From Bacteroidales bacterium UBA6680 (lineage in GTDB: Bacteria > Bacteroidota > Bacteroidia > Bacteroidales > UBA6680), in NCBI GenBank assembly GCA_002454955.1, contig DKJY01000130.1:13769-77768 (forward strand): 64,000 nt of DNA. The letters are read 5' to 3'. The notes under the pieces were generated by a model. The model was not told the DNA's origin and did no database searches. It was given only the letters and a program-made list of their open reading frames with translations. A program made the position numbers and the translations under genes. Shown here piece after piece: positions 30,801 through 41,004 of the stretch. Each line of letters begins with the position of its first letter. Position 1 is the stretch's first letter.

Positions 30801-31374
30801 CGGAGGTACAGGACTTGGTCTTGCAATATCAAAGAAATTAATTGAGATGCATAACAGCGAGATATTTATTAATAGTACACCTGGCAAAGGGTCTGTATTC
30901 TTCTTTTCGCTTAATCTTAAATATGTTAAAGAGGATAATAAGAAAAGTATAAATAGTAAAGACAAAGAGACTTTTACACAAGATGAGATTGCTGATAAAA
31001 AGATTCTTGTTGTTGAAGATAATGAGATAAACAGGGTTATAGTATCTAAGTTCTTAAGAAACTGGAATATAAAATTCGACTATGCCACTAACGGTAAAGA
31101 AGCAGTTGATAAGGTATCAGAAAATAATTACAATATGATATTAATGGATCTAGAGATGCCTGAAATGAGTGGATATGATGCCACAAAGATTATACGCGAT
31201 ATGAACGATCCTATGAAAAATAAAGTGCCAATCATTGCCCTTACCGCAGCTGCTCTATTAGATGTAAAAAACAAAATAGTTGAGATTGGAATGAATGATT
31301 ACGTATTAAAACCATTTAACCCTAAGAATCTTTATAAGGTTATTAGAAAACATCTTTTTACGACATTTTCATAA
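27832..31374 (+). CDS. Hybrid sensor histidine kinase/response regulator with multiple PAS domains
   Basis: The H box is FLSTMSHEIRTPMNAV, the N box is LIGNAIKFT, and the G boxes are DTGIGI and GGTGLGLAISK. The C-terminal receiver reads ILVVEDNEINR...ILMDLEMPEMSG...LKPF. A long N-terminal region has several PAS-like repeats. Confidence 0.9.
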   Translation: MFRFKKNDPCSQIINQAALAIVVYQHGIIKYANKTFYNLLGINQKDAENKSILDFIHSNDKRQMSFAINEIEKDNNDNISSTTLTYRVNTSNNQYKWFKSNLAFITWNESPAIIDIITDASRQKEIEGILLEDEKNYRQIFNALDDYIFILNGDLNIIQANFSVYNDLEYEDFDLFNSSLENIISENFKDQFKKYINNFPQSLDEIIESEIVTKKDLTIPVEIHLSDGYWGNKPVFFIRCINLTDKKQSEKQLNASRLKFIKAFNSNPNPMTINDQVSGLFKDINKAFERITGYTKAEVIGKTAHELNIITKEDEKKIFNLINGENNSSKTDLIINNKSGEKINVIFYSERLHIEDSAHTLIAIVDISEIKKAEKEIKNSKARQNAILDNMPHEAWLKDRNGNYLAVNKTFANSVSKTIQNIIGKKDTDLYPINEAEKYNKEDKRVMDSQQRQRLLGYKKDKKQWVETYKTPIFDHDNKLLGTAGISSDITNTINYELKLKKSLGFQQSLTDISSKLNSLDEFADKINYSLNAAATTLDLNSIKIIEKDSNSNINTAFSWTKKIEIKEKCKKLEEINVNTKKWNTLFKDNDPVYFDNKCCKNRDPEKYADKSCGTILHPIFADNRLIAIIEINKNDDFDKELSEHVDYIKTFGNLITYSYQRNEADKKIKKSEHRFREFAELLPEMVCETDIKGNITFANNYTYDNFGYTKDDTFTLFDLITNKEVAKDRFKELISGKQLPPKEYIAVRKDNTIFPTIMYSNLIYSSDKIIGIRLVMTNISEQKKNEQELISAKEKAEAASLIKQQFLSTMSHEIRTPMNAVIGMSHILLEDNPKPEQIENLKTLQSSAKNLLILVNDILDFNKIETGNITLVESKFSIRELVDELRKSFRYATEEKELEFRINVDNRITDTLIGDKPRITQVLTNLIGNAIKFTPHGHIGLILRYVREHDNTIDIEFRVEDTGIGIRKDKINHIFKHFTQETSDTTRKYGGTGLGLAISKKLIEMHNSEIFINSTPGKGSVFFFSLNLKYVKEDNKKSINSKDKETFTQDEIADKKILVVEDNEINRVIVSKFLRNWNIKFDYATNGKEAVDKVSENNYNMILMDLEMPEMSGYDATKIIRDMNDPMKNKVPIIALTAAALLDVKNKIVEIGMNDYVLKPFNPKNLYKVIRKHLFTTFS

Positions 31375-31496
31375 ACTACTATTAAACAAAACTTAAACTA
31401 CTAAACCAGAATCTGCTTTTAACATTAAATAGATGAATTGGTAACCATTTTATCTGTTTAACGTAACAGGTATATCGTAACATAATACCTGATCTT

Positions 31497-32024
31497 ATGA
31501 AAATACCATACTCTATAAAAGGACGGAATATAAACCTAAGACCACTTAAGGAGAATGATTTTGAAGGATTCTGTTCATTCTGGCAGAACGAAAAAGCGAC
31601 AAGGCACTTGCTATTTCATCAGGAAGAACACAAAGAGACCGAATATCTAAAAAAGTACTTCGCAAAAATTATTAACTCATACGACTCACCTGAGCAGATA
31701 TTTATTCTTGCAATTACAGATAAACAAGATGAATATGTAGGAATGGTTGGTCTAGCATCTGATTTTAATACAAGTAATAAACAGATATTCTGGTCGGTAT
31801 TACCCGAATACTGGAACAATGGTTTTGCTTCAGAAGCTGTCAAAAGATTGCTAAATTATGCCACAACCAAACTTAATCAATATACGATTGTGGCATACTC
31901 ACATCCTGACAATCTAGCATCAACACGTGTTGCTATAAAAGCAGGAATGAAAAGCTGTGGAACTATTGAGATTGATGAAACCGAAGGTTTTGTAGAATAC
32001 TTTGAATACAAACATACTCTATAA
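31497..32024 (+). CDS. GNAT-family N-acetyltransferase (RimJ/RimL-like)
   Basis: INLRPLKENDFE...WNNGFASEAVKRLLNYA is a typical acetyl-CoA-binding segment. Confidence 0.85.
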   Translation: MKIPYSIKGRNINLRPLKENDFEGFCSFWQNEKATRHLLFHQEEHKETEYLKKYFAKIINSYDSPEQIFILAITDKQDEYVGMVGLASDFNTSNKQIFWSVLPEYWNNGFASEAVKRLLNYATTKLNQYTIVAYSHPDNLASTRVAIKAGMKSCGTIEIDETEGFVEYFEYKHTL

Positions 32025-32693
32025 AGACCAATTTATCACATCTTGTCCAGCATCAGACAAATACCTATTTGCTTGCGAAAAGTGTTTACACCCCATAAAT
32101 CCTCTCCTTGCAGATAAAGGTGATGGATGAACCGATTTCAGAATCAGATGTTTATTCTCATTAATAAGGATAGCCTTTTTATGAGCATAATTTCCCCATA
32201 ACATAAATACCACAGAGTTGCTATTGTCTGATATAGCCTTAATAACATTATCAGTAAACCTCTCCCATCCTCTCTTTTGGTGCGATCCGGCACTATTTGC
32301 TCTTACAGTTAATGTTGCATTAAGCAATAAAACACCTTGTTCTGCCCAACGCTCAAGATTACCATGTGAAGGAATATCAATACCAATATCGCTATTCAAC
32401 TCTTTGTATATATTTCTTAACGATGGCGGTATCTTTACCCCTTCAGGAACAGAGAAACTTAATCCGTGAGCCTGCCCCTCTCCATGATACGGATCCTGAC
32501 CCAATATCACAACCTTTATATTATCAAAAACAGTCTTATTAAATGCATTATATACAAGATGTTCAGGTGGATATATCTCATCACCCTCTCGTTCTGATTT
32601 AACAAAAGCAGTCAGTTCTCTGAAATAATCAGACTCAAACTCACAACACAACACCTCTCGCCATTTGCTATCGTATATATACGATTCAACCAT
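32019..32693 (-). CDS. ung: Uracil-DNA glycosylase (family 1)
   Basis: It carries GQDPYHG, GVLLLN and HPSPLS. It overlaps the convergent GNAT gene by 6 nt. Confidence 0.95.
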   Translation of the reverse strand: MVESYIYDSKWREVLCCEFESDYFRELTAFVKSEREGDEIYPPEHLVYNAFNKTVFDNIKVVILGQDPYHGEGQAHGLSFSVPEGVKIPPSLRNIYKELNSDIGIDIPSHGNLERWAEQGVLLLNATLTVRANSAGSHQKRGWERFTDNVIKAISDNSNSVVFMLWGNYAHKKAILINENKHLILKSVHPSPLSARRGFMGCKHFSQANRYLSDAGQDVINWSL

Positions 32694-32821
32694 TACTTTA
32701 TATATATTAGTAGATTCCTGAAAAATAGAGACAGAGCAAGAACATGACAGATCTTATTAATAGATATCAAAATAAAACTGACAATGTCTGGCTCTGCCTC
32801 TCTAAAACTTATGATAAATAA

Positions 32822-35650
32822 TTAGTCAACGCTATCCTCAACTAAATCATATCCAAAATCTTTACCTTTATCTATTGCAGGTATACCATTAACCATCCAT
32901 CTTGGAGCAGGTTTCTCCTTTAGATAGTGATCAAAAAACTGCATCATTCTAATACTTAAGTCTCTGCTATTAGGACTATTTGCACGCAGGTTATGTGGCT
33001 CACCATTATAGTTCAACATCCACACAGGCTTATTCAATCTGCGCAAAGCAACAAATAACTCGATCCCCTGATACCAAGGTACAGCACCATCGTTATCATT
33101 ATGCATAATCATTAGCGGAGTATTAATCTGCGGTGCCTTAAACAGTGCACTATTATTAATATAATTAAAAGGCTTGTCCCATAAAGTACCACCAATCCTA
33201 CTCTGAGTCTGCTCGTACTGGAACATTCTGCTCATTCCGGATCCCCAACGGATACCACCATAAGCACTTGTCATGTTAGTTACAGGAGCACCAGCCTCTG
33301 CGGCTCTAAACAGATTTGTTCTAGTAATCAGATATGTCACCTGATAACCACCCCAACTCTGTCCTTGAAGCCCCATATGATCAAAATCTACATAAGGAAG
33401 ACTCTTTAACGACATTGCTCCACTTACTATATAGTTATATGCACTTTCGCCAGGATATCCAATCTCAAACCTGATATTAGGAACAAACACAATATATCCG
33501 TTACTAGCATAATAACTCTTATTTATTACCGAACGGCTAGGGCGTGGCGATGAATAACTGTAAAGTCCGTTTGAGCTAAGTCTGTAGAAATATACCACAA
33601 CAGGGTACTTCTTATTAGGATCAAAATTCTCTGGCTTAATAAGTAGTCCTTCAGCCTCTGCACCGTCAAAAGTTCTCCACTTATATAGCTCTGATGTTCC
33701 CCAATTATAATCCTTCTGCTGAGGGTTTATATCAGATATCTTTCTTCCGTTAAACTTCATATCTCCAAAATAGATATCAGGATATTCTGTAAAACTCATT
33801 CTGCGCCACATAAGATTATCACTGTTCTTAGCTTTATTAACAGAATAGAACGAATATTTACCCATAACCACTTTCACAGGCGATTTAGCCCCTGTAATAT
33901 CACCAAAATAGAATCCGCTCTCTTTATTTCCGTTATTAAATGCCGACATATAGAATTTATCTGACGGATCAATATAAGCCTCATCATAATCCAAACGTTC
34001 GTGTCTGAATGTTATATTATTCTTTCTACCTTCTGATTTAGTAATATTTACAGTTTCTCTCTTTCCTGTAGGATCAACTCTCCAGATATCATATCTGTCA
34101 TTTATCAGAAATGCCTTATCATCCTTTGTCCATCCGCAAAAACCATATGATCCTGGCGAAGAAGGATAGTCATGCTCTACATCGTAGAATTTAACATTAA
34201 GACCCTTGGTAACATTCAGTGCCTTTCCCTTCTTAATACTCTCTACATACCATGAGCTATCAGCATCTGAATACCAGTACAGATACTTACCAGCTGGCGA
34301 TACACGTACATAATCCTTACTTGCACGTTTATAAAGCTTCTTTGTACCTTTATCTATGTTTAACAGATAGATATCACTTAATCCCTCAATATCCCATGAA
34401 AGTTGTCTTCTGTATTTACTATTATCGCTACCAAGAGCATACATTGCATTCCCTTTTTGCGTTACATAAACATTCGGCACCTTCTTAGTTTCCAGACGTG
34501 TAATCTTACCTTTTACAATATCATACACAGTCTTATACGTCTTTCTCTTATCGCGCGAAAGGTTCACCAACTGCTGCGGTTGTAATCTGTCATCAGTCCA
34601 CGACCATAAATCTAACTTTACCTTCTCATTAGACAGTAACGTATCTTTAGGCGCTTTAACAGGACTCTTCGCTATTCCAAAGAATAATCTCTTACCATTC
34701 TCTGAAAATTGTAGTTCTCCTTTAAGACTTACAGACCAATTCTCAGGAAAAAGATCATTCTTTACATCAGAAACCATCTTAACACCCTTCTTTCCAGTAA
34801 TCCAAAGTGAATATATCTTCTCTTTTACAGTATCTGCAGAGAACATAAATGCAACCTGATTACCTGTTTTGTCAATGGTAATCTTCTTAACGAGTCCATT
34901 ACGCTTAAATACCTCTCTTGTTTCGCCACTATTTGCATCAAATATCTTTAGTGTCGAAACTAATACAGTATCATTCTGTTGCTGTACAAATGCAAGCTTA
35001 GATCCATTCTCAGACCATTTAAACTCAGTAACATCGTTAAATTCTTTCTTATCCTCTCCTACAGGTTTAAATAAAAACAGAGGATACGATTTAGGTGCAT
35101 CCTTATCCTTTATCTTCTTCTTTGGTTTCTTAGCTTTTTTCTTTACTGAATCCTTAATCTCTTTCTTCTCTTCACTTTTCTTCTCAATTTTCTCCAATAA
35201 CTGATAAGATATCCAGTCGCCACCTTTTTTTCCAATAGAGTAAGACTTAACCTTAGGATACTTTATAACCTTACCTGTTGATAGAACAACTATACCAATA
35301 GAGTCCTTAGGTAACTTCTTTTTACTAACCTTAGCCAGTTTCTTTGTTCTTAAAGTATCATATTGTGGCTTAATCTTAAACACCACAAAATTGTTGTTAA
35401 AGCCAATCTTATGGGAATATCCACGGTCAATTATGGTATTCTTTCCATCGCTAGTATTGTAGATAAACAACCGTGAATCACCTCTGTATGGCTTCTGGCC
35501 ATAAACAACCCACTTAGCATCATTCGAAATTCGAGCAGAATTAACAGACTTCCACTCATCCCACTGTTCGGGAGATAAAACCTTCTTAGTCTGACCAAAA
35601 ACTCCAGTAATAGTAATTGACAGGCAGAGAAATAGCAAAACTCTCTTCAT
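32822..35650 (-). CDS. S9-family serine peptidase (prolyl oligopeptidase/DPP-like) with a large N-terminal propeller region
   Basis: It has a signal peptide, the C-terminal nucleophile elbow GQSWGG, and later DNDGAV and GEPHNL (Asp and His of the triad). Confidence 0.85.
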   Translation of the reverse strand: MKRVLLFLCLSITITGVFGQTKKVLSPEQWDEWKSVNSARISNDAKWVVYGQKPYRGDSRLFIYNTSDGKNTIIDRGYSHKIGFNNNFVVFKIKPQYDTLRTKKLAKVSKKKLPKDSIGIVVLSTGKVIKYPKVKSYSIGKKGGDWISYQLLEKIEKKSEEKKEIKDSVKKKAKKPKKKIKDKDAPKSYPLFLFKPVGEDKKEFNDVTEFKWSENGSKLAFVQQQNDTVLVSTLKIFDANSGETREVFKRNGLVKKITIDKTGNQVAFMFSADTVKEKIYSLWITGKKGVKMVSDVKNDLFPENWSVSLKGELQFSENGKRLFFGIAKSPVKAPKDTLLSNEKVKLDLWSWTDDRLQPQQLVNLSRDKRKTYKTVYDIVKGKITRLETKKVPNVYVTQKGNAMYALGSDNSKYRRQLSWDIEGLSDIYLLNIDKGTKKLYKRASKDYVRVSPAGKYLYWYSDADSSWYVESIKKGKALNVTKGLNVKFYDVEHDYPSSPGSYGFCGWTKDDKAFLINDRYDIWRVDPTGKRETVNITKSEGRKNNITFRHERLDYDEAYIDPSDKFYMSAFNNGNKESGFYFGDITGAKSPVKVVMGKYSFYSVNKAKNSDNLMWRRMSFTEYPDIYFGDMKFNGRKISDINPQQKDYNWGTSELYKWRTFDGAEAEGLLIKPENFDPNKKYPVVVYFYRLSSNGLYSYSSPRPSRSVINKSYYASNGYIVFVPNIRFEIGYPGESAYNYIVSGAMSLKSLPYVDFDHMGLQGQSWGGYQVTYLITRTNLFRAAEAGAPVTNMTSAYGGIRWGSGMSRMFQYEQTQSRIGGTLWDKPFNYINNSALFKAPQINTPLMIMHNDNDGAVPWYQGIELFVALRRLNKPVWMLNYNGEPHNLRANSPNSRDLSIRMMQFFDHYLKEKPAPRWMVNGIPAIDKGKDFGYDLVEDSVD

Positions 35651-35846
35651 AAATTAAAAATTATTTGTTTAAATATAAAAATCCACTGTACATTATGACA
35701 ACTCATATATCAAAACGATTAAAGGTGCCACAAAATAAATATTAACCAAATATTAAATAAAAGAATAAATTTGCAAAATATTAGTCTCAAAGGCTTACAA
35801 TAATTAATAAATAAGCATATACTATATTGATATAATTGCATAATTA

Positions 35847-36887
35847 ATGACGACAAAAAAGACAGATCCTGACGGAGTTGGCATAGATAATGGCAACTAT
35901 TTTGGCTTCGATTTTAATATTGAGAACTCTAACATTGTAATTATTCCAATACCATGGGATGTAACAACGTCGTACCAAAAAGGTACATCAAAAGGTCCGG
36001 AATCTATAATAAAAGCATCAGTGCAGCTAGATTTCTTTGACCTTAATGTTGATAAGGCATGGGAGATTGGTCACTACACTCACAAAACACCTGCAGATAT
36101 TGCAGACTCTAATAAGGTATTAAGATCACATGCCGAAAAGATTATTGATCATCTGGAGAAAGGCAGATCAATTAAAGATACATCTATTGCAGAAAATCTG
36201 AATATTGTAAATAGTGAGTGCCGTAATATTAATAGATATGTATACGAAACCGCAACCCATTATCTGAATAACGACAAACTCTGTATAATAAATGGTGGCG
36301 ACCATAGTGTTCCCCTTGGATTTATAGAGGCTCTTGCAGACAAAAACAACTCTTTTGGTATACTCCACATTGATGCTCATGCAGACCTGAGAGAAGCCTA
36401 TGAAGGGTTTGAATACTCACACGCATCAATAATGCACAACGCTATTAAACTTGATAGTGTTAAACAGATTACACAAGTAGGCATAAGAGATCTATGCAGT
36501 AGCGAGGCAGAAACAATAAAAAACAGCTCAGAAATAACATGTTTCTATGACGATACTATATCTGAGATGATGTTCAACGGTAGAAACTGGAATGCAATAT
36601 GCGACATAATAGTTGACACCTTACCTGAGAAGGTATACCTCAGCTTTGATATTGATGGTTTAGACCCGTCGTTATGTCCTAATACAGGAACACCTGTACC
36701 TGGCGGATTATCATTCAATCAGGCTATCTACCTAATAAAAAAGGTTGTAGAAAAGGGTAAAAAGATTATTGGGTGCGACCTTTGTGAGGTAGCTCCGGGT
36801 AATAATGAGTGGGATGCAAATGTTGGTGCACGTATACTTTACAGTATCAGTAACCTTATGTACAAATCGAATATAGAGGTAGTTTAA
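35847..36887 (+). CDS. speB: Agmatinase/ureohydrolase-family protein
   Basis: The Mn-binding motifs are GGDHSV, HIDAHADL and SFDIDGLDP. The agmatinase assignment rests on its neighbourhood with pdaD. Confidence 0.75.
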   Translation: MTTKKTDPDGVGIDNGNYFGFDFNIENSNIVIIPIPWDVTTSYQKGTSKGPESIIKASVQLDFFDLNVDKAWEIGHYTHKTPADIADSNKVLRSHAEKIIDHLEKGRSIKDTSIAENLNIVNSECRNINRYVYETATHYLNNDKLCIINGGDHSVPLGFIEALADKNNSFGILHIDAHADLREAYEGFEYSHASIMHNAIKLDSVKQITQVGIRDLCSSEAETIKNSSEITCFYDDTISEMMFNGRNWNAICDIIVDTLPEKVYLSFDIDGLDPSLCPNTGTPVPGGLSFNQAIYLIKKVVEKGKKIIGCDLCEVAPGNNEWDANVGARILYSISNLMYKSNIEVV

Positions 36888-37219
36888 CTACCTCTTAGCA
36901 CTCTATAAAAAATTTCAACTTTTTATGTATAGAGAATAAGCACGAACTATTTTTTTTTATATAATTGCAAAATATTGCGTGTAATACACAATCTATAACA
37001 AATTACACAACATTTAAAACTGATAATGAGAAAGTACAGATATACCAAAATTAACATAAAAAGAGAGCAGAGCAGATACGCATTTGCCTTCTTTTACAAG
37101 GTATTCCTTTCTGATATTATCAATTGCCGGATTTGAAAAACATTTCTTCACTTATACAACCAATTCTTAATTCAATGTAATTAATAGCTATTGGTATATA
37201 TTAACTTAAATCTTATTTT

Positions 37220-37618
37220 ATGGACGACCCTGGTGGTAGTATACTATTAATACAAAAAGAAGTAAATAAAGATAACGAGATTGAGAATGTACTGAAAAAA
37301 GGGACTTACAAGGTAAGTACTGCTTTTTCGGCAAGTGATCAGGATAAAACTACAGTATACGATCTCTACATATTAAATATTAAAGGATCAGAAGAGGCTG
37401 AAATCAATGAAGTAAAGAATATTCATAAGGTTTCTGGCGATTCGCCAATAGTAGTTTTAACCAACAGTAACAACGACAAATTTCTCAAGAAGCTTCTATC
37501 ATACGGAGCTACAGAGTATATTAAGATACCGTTTGAAGAAGAGAAAGTTCTTGATATAATTGCCGATGTTTTAAATTTAAAAAGATGGTATAGAGAGATT
37601 AACTCTGACGATAACTGA
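37220..37618 (+). CDS. Stand-alone receiver-like (pseudo-receiver) protein
   Basis: It has a CheY-like layout ending in YIKIPFEEEKV (the K-P position is conserved). The expected acceptor strand reads DLYILNIKG (Asn instead of Asp), and the N-terminal acidic pair is absent (LLIQKE). Confidence 0.55.
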   Translation: MDDPGGSILLIQKEVNKDNEIENVLKKGTYKVSTAFSASDQDKTTVYDLYILNIKGSEEAEINEVKNIHKVSGDSPIVVLTNSNNDKFLKKLLSYGATEYIKIPFEEEKVLDIIADVLNLKRWYREINSDDN

Positions 37619-37653
37619 TATAAAATAACAAAAAATACATTACATAACAGAAA

Positions 37654-38211
37654 ATGAGTGAGAACTTGATCTTGTCAGATGGTATTACTGTGGGAACAAG
37701 AATACCAAAAGATTATTTTGAGACAAAAGGAACCGGAGAGAGCGATATAACAGTACATGCAGGTTCATATCATTTAGCTTTAAAAGAAGCAAACATTGAG
37801 AGTTACAATATAATGACATACTCCTCAATATTACCAAAAATAGCAACCAGAACAGAACAGCCAGATACACAAACGCACGGAGCTGTTATGGAGACTATAA
37901 TGTCGGTTGCACATGCAAACAAAGGAGAGATTGCCACAGCTGGTATAATATACGGATGGCTGTACAACAAAGAGACGAATGAGAAGTTTGGAGGTTTAGT
38001 TTGTGAACATAACGGAAACTACGATGAAGATGAGTTAAACAGGTTATTAAATGCCAGTCTTGACGAGCTATACTACAACGGGTTCTCCGAAAAATATGAT
38101 ATTCGAGACAAACATACTATAACAGAGAGTTTTGTTCCTGAAAAAAGATACGGAACAGCTCTTGTTGCAATATGTTTCAGCTCATATTACTGGCCTGTTA
38201 TTAACAAATAA
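37654..38211 (+). CDS. pdaD: Pyruvoyl-dependent arginine decarboxylase
   Basis: The length (185 aa) and N-terminal region ending in TYSSILP (the Ser-Ser self-cleavage site region) match the PdaD family. Confidence 0.88.
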   Translation: MSENLILSDGITVGTRIPKDYFETKGTGESDITVHAGSYHLALKEANIESYNIMTYSSILPKIATRTEQPDTQTHGAVMETIMSVAHANKGEIATAGIIYGWLYNKETNEKFGGLVCEHNGNYDEDELNRLLNASLDELYYNGFSEKYDIRDKHTITESFVPEKRYGTALVAICFSSYYWPVINK

Positions 38212-38542
38212 GAACACCTGAAAATACAATTGAAGAGTTGCATTATTGCAGCTCTTTTTTCGTCCCTATCAAATAGTTACATCTATTTGATTATATATAA
38301 TCACCACCCCTTGAAAGCCAAAAAAGCTACTTTTTCATTCTTAATTTTAATCATGATAACAACCATGTTCATCAATAACATTACACACTTCATAAAGCAA
38401 ACCAATTTAAAACGAAACTATAACAAATCATGCCCGTATATTTTGCCATAATGTCTTCTCGACAGAAAATTAGATAGTGATTTTTAACTAATTAGTGAAG
38501 ATTTAATAACAAAGAGAACTTTAATAACTTAAAATAACTTAT

Positions 38543-39640
38543 ATGAAAAAGAGATTTCTAATTCTGGCAATAACAATAGTAGGATTATACTCGTGTGAGA
38601 AATCAGAGAATGTAACAACAAATGGAGAAACTACAACTGTTAAGTTTGCACCTGCAATTGAGGCTCCTGATTCAAAAGATGTAGGAAGAAGTAACGGAAT
38701 GATAAGCGGATCACAAATTGGTGCCGAAGGTAATGTACTGGCAGCAATAGATAAGTTTTTCATAGAAGCTAATGCAATGGGTGAGGTATTTAAATCTGAG
38801 TTCTACGTAAGAGGTGAGGCTTATGATTCAAATACTCATACAGATGTTAGCATTAAAACACTGGTTGGACCAAACACATTCAGACTATATACAACCTCAA
38901 AAATGGAGACTGCTGAGAACGATCCCAGAGGAACTGAAAGAGATGGTTTTAGCGCATGGAACCGGTTTGATTACTCAAAACCTGTTTTCAACAGCTACAA
39001 AAGTAAGTATGGTCTGATAGAGACTACTGAGCAGGCTGCTAAAGCACTTAGAATGCTTCCTCCTTATGCAGAGTTTGAAGGAACTGCAGAGAGAGTAGTT
39101 AAGGCTACAGATACAAAACCTGTTGATGTACTTATGAAAGCTAAGCACGGACGCTTTATAGCAACGATTGAGTTTGAAGAAAATTCTGATCTTCTTATGA
39201 AGTACTCAGCAAAGTGTAAGATGACTATAAAGAATGCTAATGAGAATGCAGGTATTGCTCCGGCGGTTGTTTCAGACGTATTGCTAGGATATGATAATAA
39301 CGTAAGTACAGTACCTTTTACATGGTTCTACGCTACAAACAGCAAGATCAATGAGGATGCTGCAATTGAGCTAAAGATTGACATCTATAAAGGCGGACAG
39401 CCTGGACAAACATCAGGAGAGATACTTAAATCATATACTATTGCTAACCAAACAGCTGTAAACATTCTTGGATCAGGAAAATACAATCCTAAGGTTTCCA
39501 GCCTGTTTAAGGTAGATAATGGTGTAGATAAGTGGATAAGAATAATTATAAGAGAATCTGCTGTATCGGTTGAGACTGGTAACCTATTTGACATTACATG
39601 GGATTGGGACGAAGCAGACGGAACACTTGACCTGGAATAA
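38543..39640 (+). CDS. Lipoprotein of unknown function
   Basis: The lipobox is MKKRFLILAITIVGLYSCEKSE. No family motif was recognised with confidence. Confidence 0.6.
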   Translation: MKKRFLILAITIVGLYSCEKSENVTTNGETTTVKFAPAIEAPDSKDVGRSNGMISGSQIGAEGNVLAAIDKFFIEANAMGEVFKSEFYVRGEAYDSNTHTDVSIKTLVGPNTFRLYTTSKMETAENDPRGTERDGFSAWNRFDYSKPVFNSYKSKYGLIETTEQAAKALRMLPPYAEFEGTAERVVKATDTKPVDVLMKAKHGRFIATIEFEENSDLLMKYSAKCKMTIKNANENAGIAPAVVSDVLLGYDNNVSTVPFTWFYATNSKINEDAAIELKIDIYKGGQPGQTSGEILKSYTIANQTAVNILGSGKYNPKVSSLFKVDNGVDKWIRIIIRESAVSVETGNLFDITWDWDEADGTLDLE

Positions 39641-39654
39641 CTAATATATTATCA

Positions 39655-39680
39655 AAAATCCCCGCAATGCGGGGATTTTT
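39655..39680. terminator. Bidirectional rho-independent terminator between convergent genes
   Basis: AAAAATCCCCGC aat GCGGGGATTTTT has A and T runs on both sides. Confidence 0.8.
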
Positions 39681-39687
39681 TATCTCT

Positions 39688-41004
39688 TTACTTTACAGAT
39701 TTAACAACATCAGATAGAAACTTGCCCGTATCAAATCGCCTGCTTATCGACAACCCTAATCGCACAATAACAAGATCTTTAGACGGTATTATAGCCACAA
39801 CCTGTCCATCATGACCAATACAACAATATGTATCGTCTGGCGAACCCCACTTTACATTATTCTTGTTCAGCCAGAACTGTGCCCCATAAGCACCATCAGA
39901 TGCTTGCACTGCTGTGGTAGTATAATCAACCCAACCCTCTGGAAGAATACGCTCACCATTAGCAACACCATCGTTATAATATAACATACCAAATTTAGCC
40001 CAATCACGTGCTGTGGCATAACCAAACGACGATCCTACAAATGTACCCGAAGCATCAGTCTCATAATAGAATGAACTTGCACCTATCTTCTCAAAGATCT
40101 CACTATACGGGAAATTATGATAAATCTCATCGTTATTTATTCTGTTACGAATAAACTTGCTTATAATATTTGTAGTTCCCGATGAATAATACCACTTTGT
40201 ATCAGGCTTATACTGCATTGGTTTGTTAATAGCATATGCCGCAGCATCGCCTGTGGTGTAAAGCATCTTTGTTACATCAGATACACCACCATACCCCTCA
40301 TTCCACTCAAGTCCGCTACTCATATGCAACAAATCATTCAGCGTTATATTCTTTCGCTCATCCTCACTCCACTCATCAAACAGATTCCTCTCTTTTATAT
40401 CAATCTGTTGTTTCATAGACAATACTCCAATCATAGTATTTATAATACTCTTATTCATCGACCATCCTAACAGAGCTGTCTTATCACTAAATCCATCAGC
40501 ATATCGCTCTGCTACTAATCTGTTTTTATAGAGCACAACAACCGCTCTGGTTCGCTCCTCATTAATAAAAACAGAATCTACAGCCTCCTTCAACATAGCA
40601 AAATCTATCTCATCTCTTACTGAATCGATATCTGTATTAAGTGGTATATTGGCAAACTGTGGCTTATCAAAAGCCTCCTTTCTTAACGCCTGAATATTAT
40701 AACCATTTGTTAAACAACAACCCATAGCTCCTCTGAACAGAGCTTTGCGTTTAAACATCCCTAATATACCGGCGGTAACCAATCCGTTATCTCTGTCAAC
40801 ATCAACACTAACATACTTCATTACATTAAAATTGACATCATTCTCAAGCATTGAGTCAACAGGTCGGTCAGAAATAAAAATACCGGAACTTACATCCTTA
40901 GCTACATATGAGGTGGCAATCGGCAACATCTTATTTGCGGTATAAACTCCGTATACCAATGCGGCAACAATTATCCAAAAGAGTATTCGTTTAAAACGTT
41001 TCAT
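39688..41004 (-). CDS. Beta-lactamase-fold serine hydrolase (class C/PBP4*-like), N-terminal membrane anchor
   Basis: It has an N-terminal TM segment and an SxxK motif (WSMNKS) within a region typical of the family. Confidence 0.8.
   Translation of the reverse strand: MKRFKRILFWIIVAALVYGVYTANKMLPIATSYVAKDVSSGIFISDRPVDSMLENDVNFNVMKYVSVDVDRDNGLVTAGILGMFKRKALFRGAMGCCLTNGYNIQALRKEAFDKPQFANIPLNTDIDSVRDEIDFAMLKEAVDSVFINEERTRAVVVLYKNRLVAERYADGFSDKTALLGWSMNKSIINTMIGVLSMKQQIDIKERNLFDEWSEDERKNITLNDLLHMSSGLEWNEGYGGVSDVTKMLYTTGDAAAYAINKPMQYKPDTKWYYSSGTTNIISKFIRNRINNDEIYHNFPYSEIFEKIGASSFYYETDASGTFVGSSFGYATARDWAKFGMLYYNDGVANGERILPEGWVDYTTTAVQASDGAYGAQFWLNKNNVKWGSPDDTYCCIGHDGQVVAIIPSKDLVIVRLGLSISRRFDTGKFLSDVVKSVK

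Noticed and set aside
38230-38451. A 73-aa ORF upstream of the lipoprotein gene
   Set aside because: It has a TTG start and a low-complexity Ile/Leu/Asn-rich composition typical of AT-rich non-coding DNA. No supporting signals were seen.
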